Shown: positions 52,504 through 64,000 of the stretch, in pieces
Position numbering within the stretch: position 1 is the stretch's first letter
How the letters are laid out: every line of letters begins with the position of its first letter
Assembly (NCBI GenBank): GCA_964016885.1
Contig: OZ024743.1
Span: 145,142,001-145,206,000 of the forward strand
Origin: Eledone cirrhosa
Lineage: Eukaryota
Reading direction: 5' to 3'
Length of the DNA: 64,000 nucleotides
Program-made: the position numbers and the translations under genes
The notes under the pieces: model-generated
The model's input: the letters and a program-made list of their open reading frames with translations, nothing else
Told to the model about the DNA's origin: nothing
Database searches by the model: none

Positions 52504-54647
52504 AATTGAAAAGGTGGAGAATAACATGGTCAACAGTACAAAAAAGGGGATTTGTTTGCTGTCTAACAATTGTTTCACTGATAGAGTTGTCTAAAAATTG
52601 CTGAACACTAAAAGCAGTGCCACTCAATTTTAAATACGATGTTAACTCTATTAGATCTTCGGAAACTGTTAAAAAATTATATATATGTAACCGGCAAATT
52701 TACAAATTCAAATTACATCATCAATAATAATATTAATAATAAAGATATAGAGCGAAAAGGAGGAAGAAAGGGAGATAGATACAGTAAAGAAAGAAAGGAA
52801 AGGAAGGAGAAAGAAGAAGAAGGAAAAAGAAAAAGAGAAAGAAGAAAAAGGAGAAATTATTATAGATAGAAATATAAAGAGAAGATATATAGAAGATGAT
52901 GGTAGATAGAGGAGAAACAAACATAAGTAGAAATAACGTATGATAGAAAGAAGAATAGAGGGACAAATAAATTAATATACGTTAATACATGAATAAATGT
53001 AAATAAAAATAAAAGTAGATATATAAAAAATATATTAAAAAATATATTAAAAAATATATAAAAAAATTGATAAATAAATAAATAAATAAGTTATATCTAA
53101 TGTGATATAAAATGGTATAAAATGTGAAAAATGAAGAATAAAAATAAATACGTAAAAGGAGTAAAAAGAGTAAAAATGTGCGAAGAATATTTAAACATTA
53201 AGAATGGATTTTGAGAATTGTTGAAATATATGGAGAGATAATAAGGTGAAAATATGATAATGTTAAATATATTTATGTGTGTATTGGCTATTTTAATAAT
53301 TAAATTAATTAATTAGTTTTAAGTTACATTATATGATAACAGATAAAATAAAATGACAGAGATGAAATAAATTTAGGGAGAGAAATATAAAGATAAAGAG
53401 TGAAAATAGAGATATATAAAATAAGAATGTAAAGATAAGATGTTTTGATGTTGTTCTTTGATAGATGATGACAATTATAATTATAATTATAATTATAATT
53501 ATAATGATGATGATGTTGATAATGTGATATCATAATAGATCCATAAAAATCCTTCCATAAAAATAATGAAAATTTAGCTTACATTGATTATAACTCTAAT
53601 CACCCTCGATCCATAATTAACTCCATAGCACATAGTATATCCCTTAGAATTTCACGCCTATCTTCTAACATAGAAATGTTTAATGAACACGCTAACTACT
53701 ACAACATAGCTTTACAGGCAGGCCATAAAGAGAGACTCAAATACATACCACATACAATTAATTACAACACACTTAATATTAATAGCACCATCCACACCTA
53801 TAGAAACAACAAACCTAGGACTAAACATAAAAATTGGCAACAAGCACGTAAATTAAAAGAACAGAATACTAATACAAAAACCACTAATAACCATAGAAGA
53901 TGCAGAAATAGAAACTACTTATGGTTCAATCCAATGTTTAACTCCTCTATAAAAACTAAGCTACCTTACTCTTTCTTCAAATTAGTTGACAAGCATTTCC
54001 CTAAAATTCATAAATATCATAAAATCTTTAATAGAAAAACTATCAAACTATCATACGTTATTTCTACTTATGTTTGTTTCTCATATATCTACCATCATCT
54101 TCTATATATCTTCTTCTCTCTATATTTCTATCTATAATAATTTCTCCTTTTTCTTCTTCTTTCACTTTTTCTTTTTCTTTTTCTTTTTTTTCCTTCTTCT
54201 TTCTCCTTCCTTTTCTTTCTTTCTTTACTGTATCTATCTCCCTTTCTTCCTCCTTTTCTCTCTATATCTTTATTATTAATATTATTATTGATGATGTAAT
54301 TTGAATTTGTAAATTTGCCGGTTACTATATATTTTTTTAACAGTTTCCGAAGATCTAATAGAGTTAACATCATATTTAAAATTGAGTGGCACTGCTTTTA
54401 GTGTTCGGCAATTTTTAGACAACTCTATCAGTGAAACAATTGTTAGACAGCAAATAAATCCCCTTTTTTGTACTGTTGACCATGTTATTCTCCACTTTTT
54501 CAATTTTATTACTCAAAGATAAACTTACAGAGGAATACAAGTGAAATCATAAACTAGTCATCTACGTAAACCTCTTGTTGAGTCAAGCAACGCCGTACGC
54601 TAAAACTATCCATAATAAGTATTCACAACCAACGATATTTTGTTATC

Positions 54648-54650
<3 letters not shown>
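52504..54650 (+). mobile_element. Penelope-like element remnant with inverted terminal duplication
   Basis: YIDYNSNHP..SISLRISRLSS..RNYLWFNPMF..LVDKHFP..KIFNRKTIKLSY at ~53580-54055. 52504-52946 is approximately the reverse complement of 54048-54505. Confidence 0.8.
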
Positions 54651-54695
<45 letters not shown>

Positions 54696-54963
54696 ATGGA
54701 TTTACGTATATATGTATACATGTATGCGTGTGTTGATTTTTTATTGCGTGTGTGTAGGCGCGCGCACGTGTGTACGTATGTACGTAGGTTATATACCTAT
54801 GATTTTTATCTATATATATGTATGTATTTGTATGCGTATGTATGTGGATATGTATATATATATGTATATACGTATATATATATATATATATGCATATATA
54901 TATATGTATATATATTTATTTTTATATATATACATATTTGTGTGTGTGTTTGTATATGTGTAT

Positions 54964-55007
<44 letters not shown>

Positions 55008-55204
55008 CGTTTCTGAATTTGTTTAGCAAGATTCTTTATCTGAAAACGTGTGTTGAAATCGATATTGTTATGCTTTGGGAGGGTCATGTTGCCAATAAGA
55101 AACACATGCACCAGTTGCTTTCACTCCAATTTATTATAAATTTAGGAATTTATAAATTTCCGATTGGTTGGTTGGTTCCATAACCGGACGGTTGTTCATA
55201 TATT

Positions 55205-55247
55205 GTCAAATTTCTTTCGTCACACATTCTGTGACCTCTTCAGTCAC
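55205..55247 (-). ncRNA. Hammerhead motif in PLE pLTR
   Basis: Reverse complement: gtga-CTGAAGA-g-gtcac/agaatgt/gtgac-GAAA-gaaa-TT-tgac. Confidence 0.6.
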
Positions 55248-56943
55248 TGGGGATTCTTTTCTTTGTTTTCTGCTTCTCCTTTGTTCTGTCCTACGCCATC
55301 TTGTTTTTGTGTGTGGTGTGTGCTTAGTTTGCGCATGCGTTACATCCGGGTGTCTGTGTGTGTTTTTATTTCTTTATTTATTTGTTTATTTACATGTTAC
55401 TGGTTGGTTGTTTGTTCTATGTGTGTGTGTGTTTTCATTTTGTCCTTAATTGTAAGTTGTCATGTTGCTATTCCATTCATGTTTTCTATTTAATTTTGGT
55501 TGGAGTTCATTTATGTTTATTACCGCTGTGATTTGTCTAAACATTGCGTCTTTTCTGTGTGTAGATTCTATTTTTATTTCTATATTCCCTAATTTGCCCT
55601 TATATTCTATTTTAGCATGTTGGTTGTGTATTGATGATTCTTTTTTATCTTGAAGCTCTCGCTAGTGTTCATTTAACCATTCTCCTATACTAGAGCTGTC
55701 TCACCTATTTACACTATATTCTTAGCTTTACATTGTCCTTCAGTACATCTTATGCTATATACTACATTTTTAGTTTTACAGTTAATATGGGGGCTTAGTT
55801 TACAGATTATGCATTTCTTATCTATACAGGGAGGTCTTTGAAAAGGGTATGTATTGCTAATAAGTGTTTTTATGGAGGTACCAGGTCTTTCTACTATCTT
55901 AATATTAAGTTTATGTTTATCTAGGGCCATTCTAAATTTGTAAGCTAATTCACCTCTAAGGGTTGTATTGATGAACATTACACTCTGGTACTTATTGCTA
56001 TCATACCATGAGTTTATTCTATTAACCTTATTCCTAGTTCTTTCTATTTTATTCCAAAATTTGCTCCTATACAAGGGGCAGGTCCCATTTGTATTATTAT
56101 TTACCATTTTTCCCCATTTGGTTCTGGCTCTTCTATATACACTGATTTTATCTCTCTGATTGTAACCAGAGAACTGCATACGGTGGATGAAGTGTTGTAT
56201 GTGTCTCTCTAGTTCTTTAGGGTTGCACATGCGGGACACGTTTCTCATCATCCGTACCAAATCCGCATTCAGTATGTTGATTTTGGTGTGATCCGAAACA
56301 ACTGAGTTTCGGTGGATCAGATATTTGGAAGTCATGGGTTTGGCATAATGTGAAAGGAGGGTTTGTTTTTTGTTATTAATGGTTTCTAACCAGAGCTCTG
56401 TATCTAGTACAGGTAATCGATGGTTGGGGTGTTTGCTTGGGTAGTCTATAGTAACTCTAATACTCTGGTGGATGGAGTGAGCTATTTGATGGATGCTTTC
56501 TATGGTGTTTTTCTCTAATTCCTGACTGTTCTCTAGTGGGGGTGTTTTTACTACCATGTCTATATCATCAATGTAGCGGGGGTACATTATCAGGGTTAAG
56601 AGGTTGCTGTCTTCTAATTGTATTTAGAAAAGAGCAACCTCTTAACCCTGATAATGTACTCACAGAGGCAATAAACATAAATGAACTCCAACCAAAATTA
56701 AATAGAAAGCATGAATGGAATAGCAACATCACAACTTACAATTAAGGACAAAATGAAAACACACACACACATAGAACAAACAACCAACCAGTAACATGTA
56801 AATAAACAAATAAATAAAGAAATAAAAACACACACAGACACCCGGATGTAACACATGCGCAAACTAAGCACACACCACACACAAAAACAAGATGGCGTAG
56901 GACAGAACAAAGGAGAGACAGAAAACAAAGAAAAGAATCCCCA

Positions 56944-56986
56944 GTCACTGAAGAGGTCACAGAATGTGTGACGAAAGAACGTTGAC
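56944..56986 (+). ncRNA. Hammerhead motif in the inverted PLE pLTR
   Basis: gtca-CTGAAGA-g-gtcac/agaatgt/gtgac-GAAA-gaacgt-tgac; stem I gtca/tgac. Confidence 0.62.
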
Positions 56987-57579
56987 AATATATGAACAAC
57001 CGTCCGGTTATGGAACCAACCAACCAACCGTGGGGTGTTAAAAAGACAGTAGCCAAACTAATACTATGAACCATAGTAGTAATTCAGGCAAATTTTTGCT
57101 CAACAAAATAATTTGGAGATAATTATAAAGAATTAGTATATCTACCAACATATTTATACAGATGTATACTTACGCTAGCAAAGATATAGGTTTCGTCTTA
57201 GTAACTTTGCGGTTCAATACAAAGAGATGTAGAACAATTATATAAAAGACGTAAAATAAGAAAATTATAGTAATTAACTTACTTAAATAAACAAATACAC
57301 ACGATATGTATATATATATATATATATATATGTGGGGGGGTATACATATCGTGTGTATTTGTTTATTTTTACGTTTGTATTTATATTTTATCCCCCCCCC
57401 CCCCCCCCAAGACCCACCCACCCTTCGTTGTCAACACGTCCCTTTATGACTTTATTTTGATTTTGACTTATTTAGTTATTTTTGCCTCTGAACTACTTCC
57501 CAATGGTTTGTATATATTAATATGTGCATGTGGATGTGTATATATATGTATATATATATATATATAAGTTTATTTTAAA

Positions 57580-58111
57580 CTACTCGGTTGAGAACTTATT
57601 CGATTTGTGCTATTTATGCTATTTTTAGCATGATTTACACCAACTGAATTACTTTGCCAAAATCTGGGGTTATTCCCCTTGTGATTTCCACATATGGTTT
57701 AACTTACCACTTGTCATTCACTTATTTGGTACAGAGCGAAATACCTGTTGATAACGTGATATTCCTTGTTCGATCGTTATACACAAAGCTTATATTTTTA
57801 AGCAGACTATATTTTGATTTAGGTGTCACAGAAACTCTACATCGGATTTTTACAGCAATTCCGGGAGTTCAGGTCTGGTTGTCATTTATTTTTTATCATT
57901 TATTTTGTTTTGACCTGTTTAGCTTTATTTGGGTTTTGGCTTGGGTGGTTAATGCCTTCTTGACTACCTTTTCAGTTTTGTATGGCTTCTTAACACATTG
58001 TTTAGCTCTGGTTTTTAACTATTCAGCACTTTGCCAGTATCATTTCTGATATTTGCATTTCGTTTCGCTTTTTCTGTCCGCCGAAAATGCGATTCTCGCT
58101 GAATCTTTATT

Positions 58112-58112
<1 letters not shown>
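57580..58112. repeat. Paralog of the 51960-52490 repeat
   Basis: Colinear similarity; ends in (TA)n. Confidence 0.85.
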
Positions 58113-58157
<45 letters not shown>

Positions 58158-58158
58158 T

Positions 58159-58522
58159 ACGTTAGAATATGTGTAATAAGGCCAAGACAATGCAGATATG
58201 GACATAGAAAAAAGAATGCAATAGTGAAAGATATTGATGAGAATTCGTCTTTCACCTTGAATTTATTTAAATGTCCTTAATTTTCGAGATAATATCTCTT
58301 CTTCGGAGGGAAGTAAAAGTCTCAGCCATGCTTCATTGGAAATTTAGACGCTGGTCTGAGACTTTTACTTCCCTCCGAAGAAGAGATATTATCTCGAAAA
58401 TTAAGGACATTTAAATAAATTCAAGGTGAAAGACGAATTCTCATCAATATCTTTCACTATTGCATTCTTTTTTCTATGTCCATATCTGCATTGTCTTGGC
58501 CTTATTACACATATTCTAACGT
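58159..58522. repeat. Fold-back palindrome (~165-bp arms, ~30-nt loop) abutting (TA)n, with a degenerate HHR
   Basis: Mirror ORFs MKDEFSSISF.. on both strands. Right arm cct-CCGAAGA-a-gagat/att/atctc-GAAA-at-TA-agg at 58372-58406. Confidence 0.93.
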
Positions 58523-58565
58523 TTATACCTCATTACACAATGCTTCAAGTGAACTATAACCTCCT

Positions 58566-58608
<43 letters not shown>

Positions 58609-58710
58609 TATATATATATACGTATATATATATATATATGTATATGCATGTATATATATATATATATATATGTATATGCATGCATGCATGTATGTGTGTA
58701 TGGATATGTA

Positions 58711-58790
<80 letters not shown>

Positions 58791-58928
58791 TGTGTGCGTG
58801 TGTGTTTGTATGTATATATATGGGTGCGTATAAATGTGTGTATATGTGTGTTTGTGTGTACATACGTATATATATATATGTGTGTGTATATTATATATAT
58901 ACATATATATATTTGTGTATATGAGTAT

Positions 58929-59218
58929 GGGTGAAGGCGCATGGCTTAGTGGTTAAGGCATTAGGCTTGCAATCGAAAGGTTGTGAGTTCAATTCTCAGA
59001 CCGGGTGATGCGTTGTTTCCTTGAGCAAGACACTTTATTTCACGTTGTTCCAGTTTACTCAGCTGAAAATGAGTACCAGGAATAGCTGGAGGTTTAACCC
59101 TGCGATGGACTGGCGTCCTGTCCAGGGGAGAGTCTTGTACTGTCAGTGGCTTCACGCCATGCAACCGGGATAAGCACCGGCCAAATGAGCCTTCTGATAA
59201 TATTTAGACTTTTTTAGA
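58929..59218 (+). mobile_element. SINE family B, full length
   Basis: A-box-like tggcttagtgg, B-box-like gagttcaattc, central tccttgagcaagacact...cctgcgatggactggcgtcctgtccagggg; possible TSD atatgagtat. Confidence 0.88.
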
Positions 59219-59556
59219 TATGAGTATAGAGAGATATGCATGTGTGTATATATAGATTTTACGTTATTGTTGAGTACATGAGTGAGTGTGCGCATGTGTG
59301 TGCAAATATGTGAGCAAAAGACCACACGTTTTATGTGTCTGTTCGTATTTCCATGTAGATGCAAATACGCTCATGTGAGAAAGTATACGTCTACGTACTA
59401 TTACGTGTAAGCGCATGGTTGAGTATGTTTATGTTCTGGATATTTATCTATATATTTTTTCCCCTAAATCATTTTTTCCCGTTTATTCAGCCTCAATTTC
59501 ATATTTTCTGAATTTTGTTTTCAAATACATATTTAATAAAAACACGATGTTATTTA

Positions 59557-59618
59557 TTCATTCTGACGACTGAAGACATATATAAATATCTGCCTTCAAG
59601 AAACCACTGGTAAATGAA
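59557..59618 (+). ncRNA. Type I hammerhead ribozyme motif
   Basis: ttcatt-CTGACGA-ctgaagacatatataaatatctgccttcaa-GAAA-ccactgg-TA-aatgaa; ~95-nt tail, then (TA)n. Confidence 0.78.
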
Positions 59619-59712
59619 ATAATTATCTTATGTTGTTTATTACATAACTAATAAGCTCTGTAGCCTACATAGAGCACTCTCTTTTCCTGTACCTTTCCTA
59701 CGTAAATACTTC

Positions 59713-59801
<89 letters not shown>

Positions 59802-59903
59802 AATAATGAATCAAAACATCAAATATGTTTAGAATATTGTGTTTCTCAATAAGAAAGCTCAATAGAAAATATCTAGAGCTATAATAACCAAATAAATAAA
59901 TAA

Positions 59904-59934
<31 letters not shown>

Positions 59935-59974
59935 CTTGGGGAAGGTCATATTGTTGTAATAATATTGCCAGAAA

Positions 59975-60382
59975 TAATTGTTTCTACTTTTGGCACAAGG
60001 CCAGCAATTACCCAGTGCATTACTGGTACTTTATTTTATCGACCCCGTAAGGATGAAAGGCAAAGTTAACCTCGGCGGGATTTGAACTCAGAATGCAAGG
60101 GCCGTAACTCTATGCGTCAAAGCATGGCGTCCGACCCTCTACCGATACTGCCAATCCACCGCCCTTAATAATTGTTTCTACTTTTGGCACAAGGCCAGCA
60201 ATTACCCAGTACATTACTGGTACTTTATTTTATCGACCCCCGTAAGGATGAAAGGCAAAGTTAACCTCGGTGGGATTTGAACTCAGACCCTGAAGAGACG
60301 TAACTATGCTGGAAAGCATGGCATCCGACTCTGTACCGAAATTGCCAATTCACCGCCCCCGATACTGCCAATTTACCGCCCC
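59975..60382 (-). mobile_element. SINE family A tandem dimer with an 18-bp flanking direct repeat
   Basis: aatattgccagaaataat at 59961-59978 and 60383-60400. Confidence 0.92.
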
Positions 60383-60499
60383 AATATTGCCAGAAATAAT
60401 AACAGAACACATTGTTTAGTTGGTTTTTTTCTTCTGCTTCTTATATATCTCCATAGTTAATTTATTTGGCAATCAATGTTTATCACTGACTGACCAACG

Positions 60500-62785
60500 G
60501 TCAAAAATACAGATATGAATACATATATATAGTCTAACAAAGTTCTTTCGTTGCACATCTGCAACATCATCAGTGGCACTATTTTCTTGTTTCCCCTACA
60601 GTAATGTATGTATTGTAATGTCTACGCCATTTTTATTTCATCTATTTATTTATTTATTTATTTTTGTCTTCGTCTCTGCGCATGCGTTTGCGTGTGTATA
60701 GTGTTTAGTGTGTGTGTTCGCGTTTGGGTGACTGTGTTTTGGTTATTTTATTCTATCTTAGTTTATTAGTGTGTGTTTATATGTGTTTGTTGTTATTGTG
60801 CTTGTGTATATATTTATTTATTTATTTATTTATTTATATTTCTTTTAAGTCAGTGTTGTTTGTTTGGGTGTTGTTGTTATTCCATTCATTCTTTCTGTTT
60901 CGCTTTGGCTTTCTGATTTGCCTACCTGTTGGGTCAGTTTTATGTTTAGATATTATCTTAATTTCTATGTTGTCTATGTTACCGTCATGTTTTTGGCTGG
61001 GGTGTTCGTATAGTACTGAACCGTTTTTTTGTGTCCTTTTAATTCCCCCCAGTGTTGGTCTATTCTTTCTCCTATGCTTCGAGCTGTCTCACCTATGTAT
61101 GTCGTTGTCATGTTTCTGCAAGTACTCTCTGTACATCTTTTGCTATAGACTACATTTCTAGTTTTACAGTTTATCTGGGAGTTTACTTTACATATAACAC
61201 ATTTCCTATTAGTACAGTGGGTTTTCTTAAGAGGGTATGTTTTGCTGATCATGGTAGTTCCTGGCTTTTCTACCACTTTAATCTTTAAGTGGGTCTTTCT
61301 TAGGGCCTTTCTACATTTGTTAGCTAATTTCTGGACATTGCTGAGTTTTGGGGTATCAGGCATTTGGAGGCCATTGGTTTAGCGTAGTGTGAGTGGAGAA
61401 TTTGGACCCTCTCGTCTATAGTGTTAATCCAGAGTTCCGTGTCTAATACAGGTAGTCTACTGTTAGGGTGTTTAGAAGGGTAGTCGATAGTAACAGTTAT
61501 ACTCTGGTGTATGGGGCTAGCTATCTGCTGAATGCTTTCCATTGTGTTATATTCTAAATCATGTTCATTAGTACTCTCTTGTGGGGGTGTCCTTATTACT
61601 ATATTAATATCGTCTACGTAACGAGAGTACATGAAGAGCTCTATGGAGCTCTCTTCAAGGAGATCTTTGAGTCTCCTTTCCCACCATACCATAAACAAGT
61701 TGACAACATCACCAGCTCTTCTGACGCCAATGGCAGCTCCCTTATTTTGGGTGTAGATCTGTTCATTGAATTTGAATATATGGCCCATTAGAGTAGTTTT
61801 AATACTAGCCCCTATTGCATGCGCGACCATTTTTCTCACCTGATCATTGTTTTGGGGTGTCCATATGGCTTTGGTCCACCCAATCCACCTTCCCATGAGG
61901 TTATGATGGGGGGTCCACCTCTTATGGGTCTACTGGGGCAGAAACGGCTACGGTCATTGCTGTCTAGGTACTCGGTGTCATAAGTAAGTCTAAGTAGGAG
62001 GCCCAGTTCATCTGTGTCGACGTCTCAGAACTCCACCTCACTCTCATTATTATTTCCACACATTTTTCCACAGCAAAATCAATGTTAATGGATGGGTACA
62101 GTGATACTACACCAATACTGACTATTATGCAGTTAGATAGGCTTTTGTTTTTGTTGCACTCATTGATTCTTCTGAGGAGGTCCTCTGTACTGTCACATAC
62201 ATCTGGGGTCATCTTAATTATGGACCGTATAACCATAGAGAGGAAGTAGGAGATCCTGTAGTTGCTAGCGATATTGGGTCCGCATACAGGTCTTGTTGGT
62301 GGTCCTGTTGTCGGGTCGTCGACTGTCTTATGGTCTTTGCGGAGCCCAAAGAAGGGTGGTATGTCATTTTTAGACGCCTGGAAGTTGTTGGCAGTGCGTC
62401 TGCTTGGCTTTAGGATGTCGGTCCATATCATCCTGTGAACGTTGAAGCTTTTCTCTCTCCCCTCATGTGTTTGTTGTGTAACTTCGCTCGTGTTGGTGAT
62501 GTGGGTTGCATATCCTTGATATAGTTCGGCATGCTGTCTATGGACATCCTACCAGATTTATCTGTGGGTAGACACACTACCTCACCATCCCTTGTGCGCT
62601 GCTTGAGGCTTTGTTGGACCTCTGGTCTGTTTTGTCTCTTAGTATATCGGTCTACTATTTGTCTAATTTTATTTCTAGCTATGGTGAACTGTGCCGCTGT
62701 CTCGTCATCTATTTGTTGTGGTATACAAACCCTTTTATTAAAAGGTAACTTAGTAGGATACATTTTACTCATCTTATATGTTTTG
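60500..62785 (-). mobile_element. Decayed Penelope-like element (RT + Cys-rich linker + GIY-YIG; Neptune-like by inference)
   Basis: PTDKSG, GLRKDHK..PPTRPV, VVSLYPSI, QNKGAAIG, YSRYVDDI, LPVLD, C-x4-C-x2-C-x7-C, VVYS..YIGETARSIGER..H; frameshifted. Confidence 0.92.
60530..60582 (-). ncRNA. Hammerhead motif at the 3' end of a PLE
   Basis: Reverse complement: atagtgcca-CTGATGA-t-gttgca/gatg/tgcaac-GAAA-gaac-TT-tgttagactat; imperfect stem I. Confidence 0.68.
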
Positions 62786-62789
62786 TCAT

Positions 62790-63539
<750 letters not shown>

Positions 63540-63809
63540 CCATATATCGCACAAGAAACATGGTATATTGTATATATACCAAATACATCATAAGTGAAAC
63601 CTTATAGCGCTATTTCATATCTGGAGATTATGGCTAAAAATCGATCTATGTAATCGATCATCGAAAGAAAAAAAGAAAAAAGAAAAATCAATATATTCGA
63701 TTACCGAAAGCAAACTATCGATTAAAATTAACCACATGAAACTCAGGTACTCATCAGAGGTTTAGTCTCACCATTCTAATGGAAATATAGAATGAAGACG
63801 GTAAACAAA

Positions 63810-63883
63810 TCTCGGCATGGTGGACGCGTTTGACTTAGCTGGGAATATCCACAGCTAAGTCAAACGCATCCACCATGCCGAGA
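63810..63883. repeat. Near-perfect ~32-bp hairpin
   Basis: tctcggcatggtggacgcgtttgacttagctg ... cagctaagtcaaacgcatccaccatgccgaga. Confidence 0.9.
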
Positions 63884-64000
63884 AACGCATGGTGAATAAC
63901 ACTAGACCCGAAACAAATGAATATCCGTAAGGTGGACGATCACTCCGCTAGAAATAGGAACGATAATTATAGCCACCGAGCTCAACAATTTAAGAAGTTT

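Larger units (their letters stand above)
55164..57030 (-). mobile_element. 5'-truncated Penelope-like element (RT C-term, Cys-rich linker, GIY-YIG) with inverted pLTR
   Basis: YPRYIDDI, LPVLD, C-x4-C-x2-C-x7-C, VVYSIRC..IGET. 55166-55521 is approximately the reverse complement of 56670-57028. Junction hairpin at 56582-56659. Confidence 0.9.

Noticed and set aside
55030-55066. ctgaaaac..GAAA-tcga-TA as an HHR
   Set aside because: Core incomplete and stem I does not pair.
58936-59010. tRNA gene
   Set aside because: A/B boxes continue into a dispersed SINE body and the cloverleaf is not intact.

Overview
AT-rich, microsatellite-dense eukaryotic non-genic DNA. An octopus or other cephalopod origin is inferred from the SINE types and repeat density, not proven. 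No intact host gene is supported. The window is a mosaic of decayed retroelements: RTE-clade LINEs, R4/Dong-type restriction-like-endonuclease LINEs, Penelope-like elements (PLEs), two or three tRNA-derived SINE families and a Tc1 remnant. Two things stand out. (1) A dense set of sequence-diverse hammerhead-ribozyme (HHR) motifs of the form stem I-CTGANGA-stem II-GAAA-(near-)palindromic loop-TH-stem I'. About a dozen loci were read by eye. They sit in short non-coding units next to (TA)n tracts and are repeatedly duplicated as fold-back palindromes, and one has a large branched stem II. (2) A ~15 kb nest (31.4-46.6 kb) built on (TACA)n/(ATGT)n. All R4-type LINEs lie on + and all RTE copies on -, including five copies of a ~608 bp bipartite non-autonomous RTE derivative that retains a C2H2 zinc-finger 3' end. 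All structures were inferred by manual pairing; no folding or database search was run.
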